Source of the DNA: a virus
Taxonomy: Duplodnaviria > Caudoviricetes
Length of the DNA: 25,309 nt
Reading direction: 5' to 3' (one strand)
Virus record (IMG/VR): IMGVR_UViG_3300020045_004787
Coordinates: 1-25,309 of that record
Shown here: positions 16,128-25,299 of the stretch, piece after piece
Layout: every line of letters begins with the position of its first letter
Position numbering within the stretch: position 1 is the stretch's first letter
The notes under the pieces: generated by a model
Told to the model about the DNA's origin: nothing
Seen by the model: the letters and a program-made list of their open reading frames with translations, nothing else
Databases searched by the model: none
Made by a program: the position numbers and the translations under genes

Positions 16128-17428
16128 TACCTTTCGCTCCTAACATTTTCAACAGGGTTATATTCAATAGAGCTAATATCAAGACGTGCGCATCCTGTAC
16201 CAACCACCTCAAGCTGAACATAGTTAAATTTTATACCTCGTCCTATCGGTACGCGGTGAGTAGCAAAGCCGCTATGACTAATTGCATTTGCGTATGATAA
16301 AGCCGTGTTTTCGTCCTCTGTGACATTTACCGTCACTTCTCCTCCTGATTTGTCACAATCAATGACAATTTTTGCATCGGGTATGCGCTTAATTTTACTG
16401 CTTGGGTAAACGCCATTCCTGCCCATTACGCCATTCATCTTGCCGGTCTTCATACTGGCAACTATCGCTATCCCGTTGTCAGACTCGCCGCCATACTCAA
16501 AAACACCGGTGTCGTTTATAAGCAAAGTTTTACCGTTAAACACACATGATCCAGTAAAGTTAAAATTACTGTAATTAGTGATAGCCTTGGTTTCTGTGCC
16601 ATACGCATAGCCTAGGTAGTTTGCATCATTAACTGCAAGACTAGGTGTGCTGTAAAGCGGGTAGACACTGACAACATTAATCACGCCCACACTTGGGGTA
16701 TTAACAGTTGGGGTAGTAAACAGCGGCACAGCATCAACGCGCTGCACCGACATTGCAGTAGGATTGTTTAGCGTTGGTGTTGCCGTTAATGCGCTTACTG
16801 GTGTTTTTGCCATTATGCCAACAGTGGGCGCGTTTAATGTAGGTGTAGATGTTAACGCGGTTACTGGTATGTCCTGAATGTAATTTACACTAGGCGTACT
16901 TAGGATTGGTATTGATGTTAATGCAGTTGACGTGACGTTCGCTATGACATAAGCAGTAGGATTATTTAGTGTTGGTGCGGCAGTTAGTGCGGTTACTGGA
17001 ATATCCACAACGCCTACATTGAAAGTCTGTACGTCTGCTGGGAAAAGAAAGCTAGTTTTTGTCGCCGCCGTTGTCCACGTTACGCCGTCATCAGAATAAA
17101 TCACATTCCAGCTTTTAGGACGCTCAGCGGGATCAGTAGTGCTTGTATAAATCGTGTATTGAATAATATCAACAGGCGTTAAAAACTGGTATGTCAATGC
17201 CTGTGGTGGTGAGAACGGGTTATCTGGAATCCAAAAATTACTAATCCCAAAATCATTATCAAAAGCTTTATCTGGTGTATTTGCCAAATAACTTGATGTC
17301 GCAGAAGCCGTGCCGCCCACGCATTCATTAGCACCTCCGTATGAAGACATCATCTTAAGTTCATGGACAACTAAAATTGCACTGTAAGAATCAGTGAATT
17401 CTATGCCCCAATATGCGTGTGTAGCCAT
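16127..17428 (-). CDS. Virion protein: discoidin/F5-8 type C-like N-domain, T/P-rich repeat stalk, phage structural C-domain
   Basis: ASATSSY...DKAFD...FW...PKSW...SDDGVTWT (discoidin-like); about six 22-aa repeats; C-terminal AITNYSNFNF...GGESDNG..I.AS.KTG. Confidence 0.7.
   Translation of the reverse strand: MATHAYWGIEFTDSYSAILVVHELKMMSSYGGANECVGGTASATSSYLANTPDKAFDNDFGISNFWIPDNPFSPPQALTYQFLTPVDIIQYTIYTSTTDPAERPKSWNVIYSDDGVTWTTAATKTSFLFPADVQTFNVGVVDIPVTALTAAPTLNNPTAYVIANVTSTALTSIPILSTPSVNYIQDIPVTALTSTPTLNAPTVGIMAKTPVSALTATPTLNNPTAMSVQRVDAVPLFTTPTVNTPSVGVINVVSVYPLYSTPSLAVNDANYLGYAYGTETKAITNYSNFNFTGSCVFNGKTLLINDTGVFEYGGESDNGIAIVASMKTGKMNGVMGRNGVYPSSKIKRIPDAKIVIDCDKSGGEVTVNVTEDENTALSYANAISHSGFATHRVPIGRGIKFNYVQLEVVGTGCARLDISSIEYNPVENVRSER
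16630..17002 (-). repeat. About six 22-aa (66-nt) intragenic repeats, consensus IPVTALTxTPTLNxP
   Basis: IPVTALTAAPTLNNP, VTSTALTSIPILSTP, IPVTALTSTPTLNAP, TPVSALTATPTLNNP, VDAVPLFTTPTVNTP, VSVYPLYSTPSLAVN. Confidence 0.85.
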
Positions 17429-17472
17429 GACTGTTCCTATTTTTTTGGTAATTATCGCACTAATTGCGGTAA

Positions 17473-17522
17473 ATTATAACTATTTTTAAATATAAGCCAT
17501 TGATTTTCCTATGGCGTATAAT
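17473..17522. promoter_or_regulatory. Divergent -10 boxes in an AT-rich gap
   Basis: TATAAT on minus at 17473..17478 (towards the gene starting at 17428) and on plus at 17517..17522 (towards the pilin cassette). No clear -35 boxes. Confidence 0.45.
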
Positions 17523-17596
17523 TACGCGCTTGCGTAAAGGAGAAAAAAGGAGAATACTTTAATCGTAGTTTTATTTTAATTCATTTGGAGAGTGTC

Positions 17597-17776
17597 ATGA
17601 GCGTAGAAATTTATGTGTTATTAGTTTTATCAATCGCTGGTTTTTCAGTCCTGTCGATTAACTTCCGCACCGCATTGGCGTTGCATCAGTTTCGTATTAA
17701 AGAAATGCAAATATCTCCGCTGTTTTTTGCGTGGATTATCTGCCTGTCATTCATAATCTCGTTCATACAATCATGA
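17597..17776 (+). CDS. Small two-TM membrane protein (59 aa)
   Basis: GGAG RBS and ATG 17597; two hydrophobic stretches; stop overlaps the pilin start (ATGA). Confidence 0.7.
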   Translation: MSVEIYVLLVLSIAGFSVLSINFRTALALHQFRIKEMQISPLFFAWIICLSFIISFIQS

Positions 17777-18357
17777 AGGCGCGCAACGGCTTTACATTGC
17801 TTGAGCTTACGGCGGCAATAGGTATTACCTCAGCTTTAGCCATCATTGCCGCGCCGTCATTTATCGATATGCTTAGCAATAGCAGGATGACTGCTATCAA
17901 TAATGAGGTTGCAGGTGCTTTGAATTTTACGCGTAGCGAGGCAATAAAACGCAGCACTACCATAGGCGCATATCTTAATCAGCAATACCTTGATAAGGAT
18001 GGGATTACCACTAAGGAAGCGTCTATTATTGTGAAGCAGACAGACTGCAATAGTGTTGACTGTTTTTTAAGGATTTATGATAATCTCCCTGAGTTTTTCA
18101 CAGTATCAGCAGTTAAATTACAGGGTATAAATGAAAATAACGTCACCCCAGTCCAGATAAATTCCATTAATTTTTCAAGTCAAGGCACAACAGGCGCAAT
18201 CGAGTATGTGAAAATATGCTCTCAAGGCAAAATCAAAGTGGTGTCGATTAGTCATCTTGGCAGGATTTCATCCGTCAAAGACACCAATAACAATGGAACT
18301 CTTGATATTGTGATAAACGAAACATTGATAGAAATACCACCATGCCCGATACAGTAA
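17773..18357 (+). CDS. FimT/FimU/GspH-family type IV minor pilin-like protein
   Basis: Prepilin cleavage/methylation site MKARNG^FTLLEL, hydrophobic helix ending AAPSF, family motif ALNFTRSEAIKR, and C-terminal V.IS..GR. Confidence 0.92.
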   Translation: MKARNGFTLLELTAAIGITSALAIIAAPSFIDMLSNSRMTAINNEVAGALNFTRSEAIKRSTTIGAYLNQQYLDKDGITTKEASIIVKQTDCNSVDCFLRIYDNLPEFFTVSAVKLQGINENNVTPVQINSINFSSQGTTGAIEYVKICSQGKIKVVSISHLGRISSVKDTNNNGTLDIVINETLIEIPPCPIQ

Positions 18358-18521
18358 ACATAGGCAGGTCTCTTGCGGGTATGAGGAAGACTGTTTCCCA
18401 TACCTGCAATAGCCCAGAATGCCAAAATATCTACAATGGATTCACCAATAAAAAGTATTGTTGCGGAAAGTGCAAAGATAGGGCTAGGTATTTAAGGCGG
18501 CTTAGGAAGCTTGGTAAGTGA
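18342..18521 (+). CDS. Small basic zinc-finger-like protein (59 aa; alternative start 18381)
   Basis: Not in the track. ...MRKTVSHTCNSPECQNIYNGFTNKKYCCGKCKDRARYLRRLRKLGK; overlaps the pilin 3' end and the convergent gene's end. Confidence 0.6.
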   Translation: MPDTVNIGRSLAGMRKTVSHTCNSPECQNIYNGFTNKKYCCGKCKDRARYLRRLRKLGK

Positions 18522-20213
18522 TATGCAAGTCGTTGGATGCTCAACTATCTTACGTTTTTTTCCCTTAAAGTCTGAAATAAGCGTAAATGATTTATCTACC
18601 AAATCGCCACCTACAAGATCAGTTGTTTCAATTGAAGCTACCATTGCGTCTTTCGTGTACGCATAATCATTAACAAATGCCTCGGTTAATGCTAGATTGC
18701 TGGAGTAAAGTTCACCAAATTTTTTAGATATAACTGATAATGACACGCTTGATGTTGTTATGTCGGGTATTCCATCGAATTGCCATCCGCTCCCTGTTGT
18801 AGTTTGATCGACTATAGAGTAAATGGCTTCGGATGATTTTTTTAAATATATGCCAACATAACACCATTGCTCGGTTGTTGTTCCAGAGGTAAATACATCA
18901 TCGCCACTTTCATTTATGACTTGTGTCGCAATGTTATTGCCCGACACTGATTTTAATAAATCCTTTTTTAACCCATCTTTTTTTGACCATGATACTAGAT
19001 GGTGTTCGTCAGTCCATTGATGGGTTTGCAGTGGACGATAATTAAAATATGGTCCAACTACTTCAGCACCAATATCCTTTATGTTTTCAACAGCCATTTT
19101 CACTGCGAATGAAACATTGTTACCACGAACATCTATAAAATCACATAATATATTCTCAGTAGGTATTACTAGCGTAGTTACACTGCCAGAATAACTATTG
19201 TTGTACCCATTCGATATAAATGGACTTGCCTCATAAATTATTTCATCGCTTAGAATGCTGTCGTAGCTAGTGGCTAACTCAATGCAATGCAACACAGATA
19301 CATTAACCAATATCCCTGCTGGATAGTCTACGGTAATATACGTTCTTTGCGCTGAACACCTTATAGCTAAGTGCTTAGTGTCACCAAAAAAGCCAGTAAA
19401 TAACTTGGTTCCATATCCTACTGTCGTGTAATTCGCGCTTGGTGTATCAGTTAGTACAATGTCAGTATCATTAAAGATAGTTGCGCCAATCTCAGTTAAG
19501 CCAATCTCTGAGCCGATAAAATCAAGCTCATACGAATAAACGGCAATGTACCTATCCGCGCCTGTTCCAGCATAATCTACCCTATCATGATAGATGATAA
19601 CGATTTGCTGAACAGCCGCGCCATCGTTATCCTTATCTATTAATGCGCACGCCAACGGCTCTAAAAACTTACCCCATAACAATCCAGTCTCAATGCCATT
19701 TATCGCTATTTTCCCGTACTTTCGTTTTCTATTTATATGACCGACAGGGTAACTGGTGTCTAAATACTCTACATAATCCCAGCTAACCGTGGCATTTTCC
19801 TTATCATTTACCCAGTAATTTGTTCTTGCGCTGTAGGTAGGTGTTGGTAACACCAAATAATTAGGATTATCGTCGGCTAAAATCAACTCGCCTTGTTTTT
19901 TTGCTGGGTATGGAGCTTTATAAATCTGAGTACCTAGGTCGGTGTCATTGAATGAGGTAGGGAAAAGAACCTCCGCGCCCTCACTGCCAATAGGTGCTAC
20001 ATAAATCTTAACAACACCACGCTTCTCATCGTATGCCTCAGTCCACACCGTAACTTGCATAGCGGCAGTATCACCATCACGTTTCTCGCGCTGGATAGAT
20101 TGCACATCGCCCATTGAACTACAAACGAACTGATAAAAAGCCAGTGCTGCACCTTTCAGTGTACTGGCTTTTTCAATGTCCCCGTAATACTCAAGGCGTG
20201 GCGGTGTAAGCAT
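18492..20213 (-). CDS. Probable tail/virion protein, beta-rich (573 aa)
   Basis: Long ORF coupled to the upstream structural gene; function not recognisable. Confidence 0.55.
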   Translation of the reverse strand: MLTPPRLEYYGDIEKASTLKGAALAFYQFVCSSMGDVQSIQREKRDGDTAAMQVTVWTEAYDEKRGVVKIYVAPIGSEGAEVLFPTSFNDTDLGTQIYKAPYPAKKQGELILADDNPNYLVLPTPTYSARTNYWVNDKENATVSWDYVEYLDTSYPVGHINRKRKYGKIAINGIETGLLWGKFLEPLACALIDKDNDGAAVQQIVIIYHDRVDYAGTGADRYIAVYSYELDFIGSEIGLTEIGATIFNDTDIVLTDTPSANYTTVGYGTKLFTGFFGDTKHLAIRCSAQRTYITVDYPAGILVNVSVLHCIELATSYDSILSDEIIYEASPFISNGYNNSYSGSVTTLVIPTENILCDFIDVRGNNVSFAVKMAVENIKDIGAEVVGPYFNYRPLQTHQWTDEHHLVSWSKKDGLKKDLLKSVSGNNIATQVINESGDDVFTSGTTTEQWCYVGIYLKKSSEAIYSIVDQTTTGSGWQFDGIPDITTSSVSLSVISKKFGELYSSNLALTEAFVNDYAYTKDAMVASIETTDLVGGDLVDKSFTLISDFKGKKRKIVEHPTTCISLTKLPKPP

Positions 20214-20635
20214 TAGCCAGTAGGTTGGTTCATATTAAAAATTAAATCAGGAAATAGTACGGGGTCACCTGAAACAATAACACGATCTACCGATACGTCC
20301 CACACTGCCAATACCTCGCTGCCGACTGTATCAAGAGCGGCATATTTCAGATACCCTGCACTGCCGCTCGATGTCTTGACTGCGGTAGGGTTTGAAACCG
20401 GTGCGGCAATGGTAGCCTTTCGCCCATTTGTTCCTTGTGCCGCTAATGTAGTATCAGTCGATACAATACCGGTGCGTTCAGCAATGATATTTACATCCGC
20501 TGTACCGCGCACCGCCGCATAGCTGTCGCCCGCCGCATAGACATAATCGACTAATACGACACTGTTACACTTTGTTTTTAAATAAGCTAGACCGTTGTCT
20601 AGTACGTTTGTTGAAGACCATACTGGTGCTGTCAT
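20213..20635 (-). CDS. Probable small virion structural protein (140 aa)
   Basis: AGGA RBS; position in the operon; VLDNGL...G.PV.FP pattern recalls small phage structural proteins. Confidence 0.6.
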   Translation of the reverse strand: MTAPVWSSTNVLDNGLAYLKTKCNSVVLVDYVYAAGDSYAAVRGTADVNIIAERTGIVSTDTTLAAQGTNGRKATIAAPVSNPTAVKTSSGSAGYLKYAALDTVGSEVLAVWDVSVDRVIVSGDPVLFPDLIFNMNQPTG

Positions 20636-21205
20636 TGTTATGTCCTGTAGATAAATTACTGCGCTTTGTTGGGCGTTATTTGCCAGTCTTCGGCTAAAAT
20701 ATCAGTTTGTGACGCTAACCAGCCAACCACAACTTTATCATCTGCCGTTTTCATGCAAATAGAGTCGCAAATTGGAAGACCATTTTCCCCGTCTCCGTAA
20801 ACACTGCTCATTGATTCTTGTATATCTATGCCTCGCATCAAAAACAGCCACATACCTTTGCCATTCCAGCCAGTACGCGATACCATCAATCCTTTTTTCA
20901 AGGCTTCGATTGCCAATCCAAACGTCATTTGTTCAATGGGTCTGTATGCGTCTTGAAATACATCCGCTGGACTCCACGCACGATAAGCAGGGGCATTGTC
21001 ACGCTGTTTATATTCAACAAGATAGCCTGAACAATCGCCATCTTCATTTGTTAAGCCTTCATAGCCTACAGTACGACCAAGAACTTGCTGAGCTTGTAAT
21101 AGTCCCATTATTTGAGCTTTTATGATTTTTACACCGATAAATTTTTGCTCAATGTTTAATATTTCGTCTTCTATGTAATTTATTACTGTCATTGTTATGT
21201 CCTGT
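20629..21205. repeat. Perfect 20-bp direct repeat flanking the DUF2829 gene
   Basis: ctgtcattgttatgtcctgt at 20629..20648 and 21186..21205. Confidence 0.95.
20656..21192 (-). CDS. DUF2829 (Tad2-like) domain protein with extra N-terminal domain
   Basis: MTFGLAIEALKKG..V.R.GWNGKGMWL...MKTAD...GWLASQTDILAEDW; N-domain FIGVKIIKA...GYLVEY...WSPADVF..AYR. Confidence 0.88.
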   Translation of the reverse strand: MTVINYIEDEILNIEQKFIGVKIIKAQIMGLLQAQQVLGRTVGYEGLTNEDGDCSGYLVEYKQRDNAPAYRAWSPADVFQDAYRPIEQMTFGLAIEALKKGLMVSRTGWNGKGMWLFLMRGIDIQESMSSVYGDGENGLPICDSICMKTADDKVVVGWLASQTDILAEDWQITPNKAQ

Positions 21206-21338
21206 TAATAAATAATTGTACAATGCCTTTTGAGGTCAACAATTCAAAATACTCCGTGTTGACTTCAATCACATCACCTTTTGTGTAGTCGTTGCCCATG
21301 TAGCGGTAGTTTCTTAGCAATAATACGGTTTTCATCAT
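21195..21338 (-). CDS. Small phage protein (47 aa)
   Basis: Not in the track. MMKTVLLLRNYRYMGNDYTKGDVIEVNTEYFELLTSKGIVQLFINRT; ATGA overlap with the upstream gene; Y..GD.I.V.....L...G pattern of small head-module proteins. Confidence 0.7.
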   Translation of the reverse strand: MMKTVLLLRNYRYMGNDYTKGDVIEVNTEYFELLTSKGIVQLFINRT

Positions 21339-22615
21339 TCGCCCCAAACGCCGTTATCCCACACGGGGACATACGGCTGTAATTCATAGTCACGCGCTGG
21401 AACTTTTGCCCCTGACACGATAGCTACATAATTGAATGTGTCCAAATGTTTTATAACTGCACTGGCACAAGCTTTGAACTCTGGTAATAACACATTTTGT
21501 TGTGAAACATTAGCGAACTGTCCGCCATCCATGAGTAAAATCATGCCATCGTGAGCCGTGACCATGTAGCCATACTGACCAGTCCCACCAGCGATAAACT
21601 CTGCTGGGATTAGTTGTTGAGTGCCAAGCAAAGGACATGAAGTGTGCTGTTTTTTTGCCTGTGAAAAATCTCCCAGTGCTTCTGCACCGTGGCTTGGCTG
21701 TCTGCCGCTAATCCAAAATAGACCGTCTTTCTCTGTACCTACCCATAGTCCAGACTCGCACGGACATAGTGCCGTGATATTGCTTGGATATTGGTAATTG
21801 TCGAATGGATTCCAGCGTTCATACTGTTTTGGTAGAGAGTAAAATAATGTTTTGCCTTGGGCAATAAACAAATGACTGTAATGCTGGGCAATCAATTGAC
21901 CTGTTGGTGCAGGGAAAATACCCACCGTGTCGAGTGACTTGGCATGAGCATCAACTTCATAAATAGTCACTTCTGACGTGCCAGTGGCAATAACGCCTTG
22001 CCTAAACAATTCACTACCGTCTCGCTGACTAACGTAGATTGCTAGGTACGTTGATCTAGCATCATGTGGAAAAAATAACTCAGTAAGCCTAATCGCTTTA
22101 TTGTCTGCCGATAGCGTGATTAAACGCGGATCTGCCGTGCCTGACTCCATGCCATTATCATCTAATAGCGTGACTGCCACTAGATAATTACCCGCCAGTA
22201 ACACTCCGCCGTTAGCTTCGGCTAGTGTTGGCTGCCGAGTAACTATTTCTTGTCCAAATATCTTTGCAGAGTTCCCAGAAATAATGCCATTAACTGAGCT
22301 GCCGACATAATAATAATTGCCGTTAGCGCGAGTGAAATCAAGGCGTATTCGCCCAATCCCAGCTCGTAGTGTTGATACCGTGTAATCACTGAATACCTCC
22401 TTTAAATTGCCGTCTATAACTGCAAAACAACGTAAATCATCGCTCCAGATAGCAGTCAGTTCCCCCGCTATCACCAAACCAAACCCATCTCGCTGACTAG
22501 CAATACCCGAACTATCGATGTTCAGGTTGGTTATTTCACGGACAAAACCATCGGGCAAGCGTTCAAGCCGCGCCGTGTTGTTTATGCCTTTGGTGAATGG
22601 AATGGTGATTGGCAT
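21335..22615 (-). CDS. Probable tail tubular/nozzle (head-closure) protein (426 aa)
   Basis: N-terminal F.KGINN....LP.G..R...N..ID..G....R.G pattern; beta-rich; follows the adaptor gene. Confidence 0.65.
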   Translation of the reverse strand: MPITIPFTKGINNTARLERLPDGFVREITNLNIDSSGIASQRDGFGLVIAGELTAIWSDDLRCFAVIDGNLKEVFSDYTVSTLRAGIGRIRLDFTRANGNYYYVGSSVNGIISGNSAKIFGQEIVTRQPTLAEANGGVLLAGNYLVAVTLLDDNGMESGTADPRLITLSADNKAIRLTELFFPHDARSTYLAIYVSQRDGSELFRQGVIATGTSEVTIYEVDAHAKSLDTVGIFPAPTGQLIAQHYSHLFIAQGKTLFYSLPKQYERWNPFDNYQYPSNITALCPCESGLWVGTEKDGLFWISGRQPSHGAEALGDFSQAKKQHTSCPLLGTQQLIPAEFIAGGTGQYGYMVTAHDGMILLMDGGQFANVSQQNVLLPEFKACASAVIKHLDTFNYVAIVSGAKVPARDYELQPYVPVWDNGVWGE

Positions 22616-22617
22616 GG

Positions 22618-23001
22618 CTACACCAAAATAGTATTAGCATTAACGGAATAGGTGATGCTATCAGCATCACCATGCGTCATGACGACGCGCCAGTTTTTAG
22701 GGATAAAGTCGTTAGCGGTTAAGTTTGTCACGACAGTAGCGTTAGGAAATACCCGTAAAACCGTTGTGCCAGTACCGGTAATCGCCGCGCCAACAAGAAT
22801 ATCGTAGTAATTTCCGCTTGCGTCCTTTCCTTGAATCTTCGGTACTACGCTAGGTGTAGCGGTCACTGCCGACACAACAATAGATACATGAACACCATTG
22901 TAATCAACATTAACTTGGTCATCACTGGTAACTGTTGCAGTTCTTGCCGCCGATGCTAAAACAACAAATGAGCCAGCATTATTTAATAATTGTGTGTACA
23001 T
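22618..23001 (-). CDS. Probable small virion protein, beta-sandwich (127 aa)
   Basis: T/V/A-rich beta-type sequence tightly packed in the structural operon. Confidence 0.55.
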   Translation of the reverse strand: MYTQLLNNAGSFVVLASAARTATVTSDDQVNVDYNGVHVSIVVSAVTATPSVVPKIQGKDASGNYYDILVGAAITGTGTTVLRVFPNATVVTNLTANDFIPKNWRVVMTHGDADSITYSVNANTILV

Positions 23002-23004
23002 GGG

Positions 23005-23655
23005 TTATCTCTGATTAGTTTCAAATTGATGTTGACGCACAGTAGCGGGAACAGGTTTTCCGAATGCTTGATTAAACAAAGCAAGATGGTCTACTGACCT
23101 GCGTTCATCTTTTACCGCCATGTGTTCATCGGATGCCACCTCGTTACTATAGGCTTTATGACAAACCCAGTGAATAAGCTTTTCGTGGTATTCGATAGGG
23201 ATAACGGGGGCATCGGTGGTAAGAGTAAAATCTGCCGATGGATAAATAAAGCCCTCGATGTAGACCTTTAGACCTGCATCGGTAGCGTTTGGCTTAGGCG
23301 TAAAAGTCACAAGGTTTCCGCGCACGATGTAATTTCTGTCACTGCTCTCACTAAACCCTGAACGTGTACGCCAGTCTTGTGCCAATTGTTCTGGCAATGA
23401 TTTTTTTAATTCTCTGTCCTCGAAAGTTAAAAAAAGCAATCTAGTTAAATTTATTGGTAAAACGTAACTCCCTGTATCAGCCGCAAGGGTTAAATACAGG
23501 GAATCGGTAAAAATAAAGTCCGTGCGATTACAAGCTTGACGCTGTGCCTCTGAAAAATTACGCAGAAACCACGCATCATCCCAAGTTTGACCGGGTGTAG
23601 TTGCATCGTTTAAGTAATCACGTCTAGCAATAGTTATCAGGCTTGCAATGTTCAT
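23005..23655 (-). CDS. Probable head-tail adaptor protein (216 aa)
   Basis: LI..AR...L.D....WDD......SEAQ...C; P.IP..YHE.L..W...KAY pattern; position after the capsid genes. Confidence 0.72.
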   Translation of the reverse strand: MNIASLITIARRDYLNDATTPGQTWDDAWFLRNFSEAQRQACNRTDFIFTDSLYLTLAADTGSYVLPINLTRLLFLTFEDRELKKSLPEQLAQDWRTRSGFSESSDRNYIVRGNLVTFTPKPNATDAGLKVYIEGFIYPSADFTLTTDAPVIPIEYHEKLIHWVCHKAYSNEVASDEHMAVKDERRSVDHLALFNQAFGKPVPATVRQHQFETNQR

Positions 23656-24321
23656 TTATACGCCCACCATCTTTGCATTAGTTGACGCATCAACAGCCAT
23701 CCACACAATAACTTCTGAGCCGTCTAACGCACTGGTAAACGCAATCGTTCCACGTTTATCAGCATCAGCACTGGTTGAACCAATGACAACAGTTAAGCCG
23801 CCGCCATCTAATACCGCGCCGAACCACGCTTGCATTAAATCAGGTCTTGCATTGAGCTTTACTGGTAAGCCTAGTTTTGAACCCATGCCAATGGTAACGG
23901 CTGTCGCTCCCAGTCCAGACCCGCCTTCTGGAGTGATTGATGTTACGGTTTTGAACGCCTTAACACCTTGAATTGTTGCCGTTCCGATTAATGTAATTGT
24001 TTCGGTAATAACATTGCCATACACGTCAGTACCAACAATATCAAGAATAGCATCCGCGCCACTTGCACCTGTTGCCGTGATGTTACGAGGCACTGCCAGC
24101 GTGGTATTTGCCAGCGTTAGCGGGGTAACTGCTGCATCAACGATAGCCTGAGTTGTTGCGATAAAGTTCGCACTTGCTACTGCTGGACTGCCTAAGCTAA
24201 TTTTGCTGATTAGATTAACTGGATAACCAGCTACTCCGTCTTTTGAGTCATTAACAGGCGCGTAGTAAGCATCACCGAACATCAGTGTAACTAATCGCCC
24301 TATGGATTGAAAAAGTGCCAT
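23656..24321 (-). CDS. Probable capsid decoration/cement protein (221 aa)
   Basis: Directly after the MCP; A/T/G-rich; PRNIT...I.GTD.YG..I.ETI...G.KAFKTVTSI. Start ATG 24321 follows AGGA. Confidence 0.68.
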   Translation of the reverse strand: MALFQSIGRLVTLMFGDAYYAPVNDSKDGVAGYPVNLISKISLGSPAVASANFIATTQAIVDAAVTPLTLANTTLAVPRNITATGASGADAILDIVGTDVYGNVITETITLIGTATIQGVKAFKTVTSITPEGGSGLGATAVTIGMGSKLGLPVKLNARPDLMQAWFGAVLDGGGLTVVIGSTSADADKRGTIAFTSALDGSEVIVWMAVDASTNAKMVGV

Positions 24322-24342
24322 TTGTATTTTCCTGTTCAAAAT

Positions 24343-24370
24343 TCTGGAACGGGGAATTCCCCGTTCCAGA
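24343..24370. terminator. Perfect 28-bp palindrome after the capsid gene (attenuating terminator or mRNA stabiliser)
   Basis: TCTGGAACGGGG-AATT-CCCCGTTCCAGA followed by ATTTT on the minus strand. Confidence 0.7.
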
Positions 24371-24384
24371 TATACGTTTAACCG

Positions 24385-25299
24385 CTACGCACCCAAACTG
24401 CCAAAAATACAGCGGGGGTTGAAGTGTCCAAAGGAATATCGCTCACTAGCATAGCCTTGGAACGAACGGGTATTCGCATCAAACTCTGTTTCAAAACTAA
24501 ACGCACGGCGTTTGTAATGAATCAAGCCTTTCGGTGCGTCCGTTTTTATAAACCACGCATCAGGGTCGATGATACGATTCATTTTGATAGGCGGTTTGCC
24601 GAACAACCCCATGTCTTTCATCCAGTTTGCATCATTGTTATTCGTACCCGGTCTTAGCGTACTTTGTAACAAACGATGTGCAACCGTGACCAAATCAGGT
24701 GGAATAATCAGGTCTTGTGGATTCAATGCGATCTGCAATCCTTTTTCATCAACAGCACGCTCAATCATGATACGCGCTGTATCTAAAGAGGTTTCCGATA
24801 ATTGCATACCAGAAAGGAAGTTGCTGAATGTCGAGCCATTTGCCAAAGGATGTGCAGTGGATAACAACGCCACACCATCACCGCCTTTAAAATCACGGCT
24901 TGTTGATGTCGCATTATTGAACAACGCCGCGCCCTGAATCTCTTTGGTTTCCCAGAAAGAGTTAGACAACTGCTTGCCTGAGTCCTTGCCGATGTCTTCA
25001 TACTGTCCGTCTTCAATAGCGATACGGGAAATACTAAAACCAAGTGCGTACTCTTTATGGATAAATTGCTTTACCCATTCGTCTTTGCCGCCATCCATCG
25101 GGGTAGCCGCCGATTCACTGACTTGGTACGCTGTACCCATGCCAGATGTCATCAACATTTCTTCTTTGTACTTTGTTGAGTTACGGGTTTCGTACACTTG
25201 TTGCCATTGTATAGGCTTTTTCGCGTACTCTGCGTTCATCACAAAATCAATACCAACACGCAGTCTGTGCTGTTGGTCTGTGCTTAATAAAATAGCCAT
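24385..25299 (-). CDS. Major capsid protein (HK97 fold)
   Basis: YALGFSISR.AIED..Y, ETKE...A..FN, GGDGVAL.ST.HPL..G, LSETSL, LIIPP.L, D.DAWFIKTD, ERYSFG..NPR..FGS.GA: motifs of a widespread phage MCP family. Confidence 0.92.
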   Translation of the reverse strand: MAILLSTDQQHRLRVGIDFVMNAEYAKKPIQWQQVYETRNSTKYKEEMLMTSGMGTAYQVSESAATPMDGGKDEWVKQFIHKEYALGFSISRIAIEDGQYEDIGKDSGKQLSNSFWETKEIQGAALFNNATSTSRDFKGGDGVALLSTAHPLANGSTFSNFLSGMQLSETSLDTARIMIERAVDEKGLQIALNPQDLIIPPDLVTVAHRLLQSTLRPGTNNNDANWMKDMGLFGKPPIKMNRIIDPDAWFIKTDAPKGLIHYKRRAFSFETEFDANTRSFQGYASERYSFGHFNPRCIFGSLGA

